Shown piece after piece: positions 58,668-64,000 of a DNA stretch of 64,000 nt. The stretch is from positions 8,153,599-8,217,598 of the forward strand of contig CAJINV010000001.1 of assembly GCA_905178155.1 (NCBI GenBank), written 5' to 3'. Position 1 is the stretch's first letter. Each line of letters begins with the position of its first letter. Position numbers and translations under genes: made by a program. Below the pieces are notes generated by a model. It searched no databases. It worked only from the letters and a program-made list of their open reading frames with translations, and was not told where the DNA came from. The DNA is from Amoebophrya sp. A120. Its lineage: Eukaryota; Protista; Dinoflagellata.

Positions 58668-61600
58668 TCATTTGTTGTTTCGTGGTGAGATTGCGCGAAG
58701 CTTCCTTCCAGATGTGGGGATTTCTTCTTCCTGCGCCAGTGGGTTGCCACCAGGTGCGAAAGAGGCGCGCTTGACTGTGTCGCCTGATGGCGCAACAACA
58801 TCTTCCTTTCTTGACGGAGGCACCGACGGCAAGGTTGGTGGAACCGTCGGCATCGGCACCGGGGGCACCTTGACGACCTTCTCTTTCATTCGCTGTTCGC
58901 TTTCACTAAACGCGGTCGTCACGATGGTGGCGGACGGGATTAAATCCGGTCCTGGAACTACAGAGCGGCCTGCGGCTCTCTCTGCTGCCGCATCTACTCT
59001 GTTGCCGCGATTCTCTTTGTTGCGGTTTTTGCTCGTCATCGAAGATGATGCGACTTGGGTGGAAATGCGACCGCGATTATAGGATGCTGCTGTACTAGTT
59101 GACTCCGTAGTTACTCGGGATAGCGACGATCTCTCAGTCGCTGTACTTTTGCGCGGCTTTGATGTTTGCCGCGCTATGTCGTCTTCCACTTCTTCTGCCG
59201 TCGGATCTACTTCACCGAATGGGGCAGGAGCATTGCTGTTGACAACTTTTGGCCGTGGGACGTGCTTCATCAATGGATCTACATCCTTCAGCTGTACTAG
59301 CGCCTGCTCACCATCATCATGCTCCGGGCCTGCGATGCTGCTGGCGCGGGACAGCACGTGGGATTCTGGGTCTGCTCGGTTTAGCAGATCTGCCTCATCT
59401 GGCCCGAACGATGCGGCAAGGAGGCTGTTTGGGTCAAATGCTTCTTCTTGTTCAGGTGCAGCACCGTCGTAGTCCTCATTCCGATCTGGAGCGGGCATCA
59501 GGTGCGAGAAGAAATCTTCAAATATGCAGCGCAGCCCGGCATCGTGTGAGATTTTTAGGTGGTCGGTGACGGCTTCTGGGCGGTTGTACAAAAACTTGAG
59601 CTCCGCGTGTGAAACCCAGACGGCGTAGTAGCCCTCCCCGCTGCCGATTCGTTCCTCCAGGTCCAGCTCAGCCTCCAATTGGCGCGCAATCATACTCGGC
59701 CGGATAAAATCGTCGTTAGAGGAGTCGAGGAGAGCATCGTTGCTATTCTTTCGCGCGGGAGATGAAGCCGCGGTAGCGCTTGTCGAGCTGCTCAAACTGC
59801 TCCTCATCGACGAGAGTTGTGAACTGGGTTGTTGTAGGTGCAGCAACGATGTTCCTTCCCGCTCATCATCTTCTCCCCTGAACGTCGAATCCACCGCGAG
59901 TCGTGTGGCCCCGGCAGAGTCACCAGCACCACGACCTCTCTGCGAAGGAAAAGCGCCCTTATTGTGGTCCGGAAACGCGACCTGCTTCCCGCGAGGGGTG
60001 GAAGGGATGCTCCTGGTACCACCAGCAACTTCATCTGAAAGTCGCTCCACTTCATCACCCGAAGACAGCGGCTCTTGCTCGCCGGAGTGTTGCGAATTTT
60101 CGCCAAAACCCCCGAACAGTCTTGCGAAGATACCCTTCTTTGGCCTATTAGCTGCCGGATCTTCCGGACTTACTTCTGTGACCGACGCGCCATTCGTCCT
60201 CGTCGCTCCATTGAATAGTTCCAGGTGCCTGTTTCGACTGGAGTCTTTTTGCGCCAGCGCATGATCGGCATGTAATTCGTATTCGCCTCCGAGAACTTCG
60301 TCTGGGTGTGCGCCGAAGATGTTCTGGAGCACCGACGTGTGCAGCAGATCCGTCCGCTCGTCGCGCCGCGCCTGCTGCTGCTTCTCGCTGTAAATGTCAT
60401 CGAGGCTGTCGTTACTCGGCCCATGATTTTGTGTGCGCTGAAGCGCCGTTTCTTTCGACCGTTTGCTGAGCAGACTCGACATGTGACTTGCAACCGACTG
60501 CAGTGCGCGGGTGCGTTTGCTGTGCAGCTCGTTTCTGTCCAGTGTTGTTTTGTGTCTTGCGTTCAGAACTTCTTCGTAATTAGGCCCGTATTTTTCTATG
60601 AGTTCTTGCCGCTCCACGGCATCATGTTCCAAATTCTTCAGCATGTTGTCGCCCCCCAAAATCATCTTGTGCAAAGGAATTTTTCGTGCGATGTGGATCA
60701 GCCCCGTGAGCACCGGGCGTGCTGTTATTGCTGCTTGTGCTCCTACTGCAGGTCCTGCGCATTCATTTTGTTATTTCCATTTTTGAAACGATGAAACGAA
60801 GAAAAAAGAACAACACTTGGACTTGCCAGCAAAAGAACGCTGAGCAATGAATAACGTTATCTATTCTGTTCACGCAGGATCCTTGCTCCTCGTGAAAAAT
60901 CAGGTTGAGGTTTATTCATCTTTTCTGGGAAATGCTGGAAGTGAACGTGGTGCTCCGGAGGACGAGGAGCCAACAATTGTATAGTACCCTCATCATTTTC
61001 GTCGAGGATGGTTCTGGTGAGTTCTGGGTCGGTGGGTCGAAGCTGACAGGGCTCCGGGTCCTCGGTTTCCAGCCCGTCCGGGTCTAGCTCGTCCACCTCT
61101 TCACCGTGAGAAAATAGAAAGGGGAAAAGATACTGCAGAATCCGTTGTAGTGCCGTCGTCAGGATGGTCCACGTAGTTGCAGATCGCCTCAACAAGGTAC
61201 CAACGGCCTCCCGCCGCCGGAAACGCTTGAGGCCGGCGAGGCTCCACGATTTCGCGAGCGTTTTAGGTTTTGCTTTTCCGGGATGGTCTACTTCATCCTG
61301 GGAAGGAGGAGAGTCGTGCCTTTGCGGCTGATCGGACCCGGACGACCACGCGTCGCTTATTTCCTCGTTCCGTTCGGAGCCAAGGATGTCACCCACGAGT
61401 CGCGCATTCATTCGCAAGACACTTTTTTCGCTGCGCGGTGGCCTTTTCACCATGATCTTCTCCTCGGAGATACTTCTGGCCGCGGTCGTCCCGGTGCTGC
61501 TGGTCGTGCGCTGCATGCGTAAAACATGGTCGCTGAACGTGCTCTTTTGCACGAAGCCACCGCTGCTCCACAAGGGGCTGGCCCGAGCCGTTTTGGTCGC

Positions 61601-63323
61601 TGACGCTGCACTCTGCTCGTCATTTCCGCTCTCGCTGGAGTCCGCCAGAAAGACAGACCGCTTCTCCTTCTGCAACGCCTTTTCAATTACCCTGATTCCC
61701 TTTCTTGTAGTCGCATGTTCTTCGGTAGACGTGTCCTCCATGGGAGCTGCGCCAGTTGTGCGCGACCAGTGTTTTCCGTCCTTATTGTTCTGTTCCGGAT
61801 CCTTGCTCCCTCCCGGTAGTTCTTCGTCCCCGCCGAATACGGTCTCCAAAAGGTTCGTGAAGTCGTTGCGCGCCGAGCGATCTAGCACACCCTTCTCCTC
61901 TTTCGAAAGCCTCTTGCGGATGTGCAGAATGCGCCCGGGTACGTAGCCTTCGGGCATCGCGTGCAGGTAGGGTTCCTCCTGTTCGTGGTGGTCGAACCAG
62001 GCCACCTGGGTTCCGCGAATGCGCTCTCTCGGTTCGCTGCGAGTAGTTTCCGTGCCGGCGGAAGCAGGACCCATGTTGTAGTCATTTGCGTTGCCGGGAA
62101 CCACACGAGTCTTGGACTTGCGCCCCGTAGGCTTCGTGGCAGCTACGTACTTTATGGACGAGCCAGCGCTCGTGCGAGTGCTGGTGCCTGGAGACGATCG
62201 CAGCTCCGAAGAAGTGCTGTGGACGGATCGTGATCCGTCCCCTTTGTTCTCGTTTTTGTTCTCGGCAAACACTCGCAGGAACGCTTGCACATCAGCCTCA
62301 TCCAAGTGCATATTTGACCTTGCGCCGTGGCGTTGGAACAGCTTTCGCTTGTGGTTGTGTAACGGCAGTTGATCCGGCTTATTCGGGATCGCTTGCCTCG
62401 CCACACCGGCCGCGGATGAGCGACGCACAGGCCCCGGGGTGCCCTGGTTCGACTTGTTCTCGGCGCTTTCTTGTTCCACTTCACTCTCCTCGTTTACTAT
62501 TCCCACCTCCTTCGAAGTTTGCTCGAGGTTCGCCTGCGTCGACGATTGCGTGCTCAGCAGGCTGGTCCCCATAGATCTCATCGTCACACCGCGGACGGCT
62601 TCCTCTGCGTTGCGCCACACAAAAAACGCCAATATGTCGGAATAGCTGAGGAAAACCTCACAGGCAACAACTTCATGTCTCTCTGCGTTCAGAATCACTG
62701 CGGGATCCAGAAAGTCGCGATCTTCTTCATCGTCCTCTCCGTCGGTACTGCTCCCCCTGAAGGACGCAGTTTCCTCGGATATTCTCTCTCTCTTCTGAAG
62801 GCTCGTTGTAGTCATGTGCGCCCGATCCTCTTTGTCGCCTTGATGCTGTTCCCGCCCTGCTCGACGGGGGAACAATGTGACGGTGATCCGCACCCAGATT
62901 CCGTTGCGGCCCGGCGCGTCGGCTACGGTGACGACGTCCCCTTTTGTCAACAAAAGCCCGTCCTCACTCGCCGTGGTATCCACCACCAAGCGCTGCACGT
63001 TCACCACAAGCTGGTCGCCCACCGACAGGTAGCTGCGGAGGAAGTTTGTGCGCTCCTGCGGGTTCAGCCGGCTGTCCTCGAATTTGCGTGCGTACATCAT
63101 GTTGAAGGGACTGGTGGGGAAAAAGGCGCTGCTGTTGGCCGCGTGCCAGCAGTTCCACAGCGCGTCCTTGTAGTCGGAAAGCTTCCCCGCGATCAGCTCC
63201 CACTTGGAGAAGTGGCTCTTGCGCAAGCACTCCGACATGAAGTTGCGCTCGACAATGATGGACAGCGTCCGGCTGCGGGGGATTCCGTCGAACCCGTTTA
63301 CGAGCGTGATCATGTAATCCAGG
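58668..63323 (-). CDS. Third DAGL-like paralogue, C-terminal portion (5' exons, including GxSxG, outside window)
   Basis: YMITLVNGFDGIPR, VPGRILHIRKR and YYAVWVSHAEL...TDHLKISH align with the 49549-57741 product; GT-AG intron 60755-60873 joins the two ORFs. Confidence 0.8.
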
Positions 63324-63324
63324 C

Positions 63325-64000
63325 TATCATATGTAAAAACGTACCCACACCAGAGTCAGGATGGGGATTTTTTTTTTTTTGCCCGGCCCCCAATTTCATC
63401 AATTTCAATTTTCAATTTTCAATGATTGTGTGACGGCGGGAACGGCACCCGCCCGCTGTGCTTAATAATGCGCTCCCACGCGCGAACTTCTTTTTGTCTT
63501 TTGCATCACACATGCAGAAACATTTTCAACCCCCTAAACCAACACCTTTTTTCATCTTCTGCCGCCCTCACGCAACAGGACTACTCCTGAAGCGCGGGAA
63601 CAACCCGAAGGTTGTTTTGCATGACAAGTTCTTGCAGCAGGTGCATGCAGCAGTGGGAGATACAAAATTAATTTCAAAACCCTAAACCCGCACAGCGCAC
63701 TGATCCTAGTTAACGTCTAGAGCCGTAAGCCGCGGCAGACGTCCACCAGGGGAGGTAGAGGGAGGCCAGATCACAGTCTCCGTAGGGCGATAAGTGCAGT
63801 AAGCCGCTGCACTGAAAAATAGTAAAGATAGGGCGAGACCACTGTGTATGGAGATAGTTACCCATAGGGGGCGTTAATCAGGTTCGTGTTTGCGTGGTTA
63901 CTAGGCGCCCCCGAAAGGACGCTTTTCCTTCACGTTACTGCCCCCCGAAATATACGGTCGAACTGGATCACAGATACTAGCCGTAGGGCGCGATCGACCC
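63325..64000. mobile_element. Left end of a family-D introner; partner end not in window
   Basis: TATCATATGTAAAAACGTACCCACACCAGAGTCAGGATGGGG matches the left end at 27736 (TATCCTATGTAAAAACGTCCCCCCCCATAGTCAAGATGGGG); abuts an exon with an AG acceptor; candidate TSD caggc at 63320-63324. Confidence 0.6.

Noticed and set aside
63530-63690. CCCTAAA telomere-like units
   Set aside because: Only one or two isolated units; no array

Overview
Eukaryotic, gene-dense genomic DNA; no rRNA, tRNA or CRISPR recognised. All 13 genes I can support lie on the minus strand. Together with many inverted-repeat introns that lack GT-AG ends, this resembles the parasitic dinoflagellate relative Amoebophrya (Syndiniales); the taxon is inferred. 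Genes from left to right: a K/E-rich unknown (runs off the edge), an acidic unknown, a 2xRRM protein, a TMEM189/PEDS1-like lipid desaturase, a protein with WW-like repeats and an RS-rich tail, a degenerate DEAD-box helicase, a large Upf1-like SF1 helicase (same WW-like N-terminus, CxxC fingers, C-terminal Regnase/NYN-like domain), an EMAPII/Arc1p-like tRNA-binding protein, NOG2, three diacylglycerol-lipase (DAGL) paralogues and a TMF-like golgin. The main structural result is ten MITE-like introner insertions. The nine complete ones share one geometry: TAT...ATA terminal inverted repeats (TIRs) inside a 5-bp target-site duplication (TSD), perfect in eight. Cutting one base outside each TIR leaves a frame-neutral +3 nt, and the TSD supplies the outer base of each splice site, giving GT-AG, AT-AG, GT-AT, GT-AA and TT-AT ends. 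One family occurs in both orientations. Two introners carry nested elements: a 1.25-kb hAT-like element with a central perfect 66-bp hairpin, and a poly(A)-tailed retro-insertion. All exon models are manual predictions without transcript evidence.
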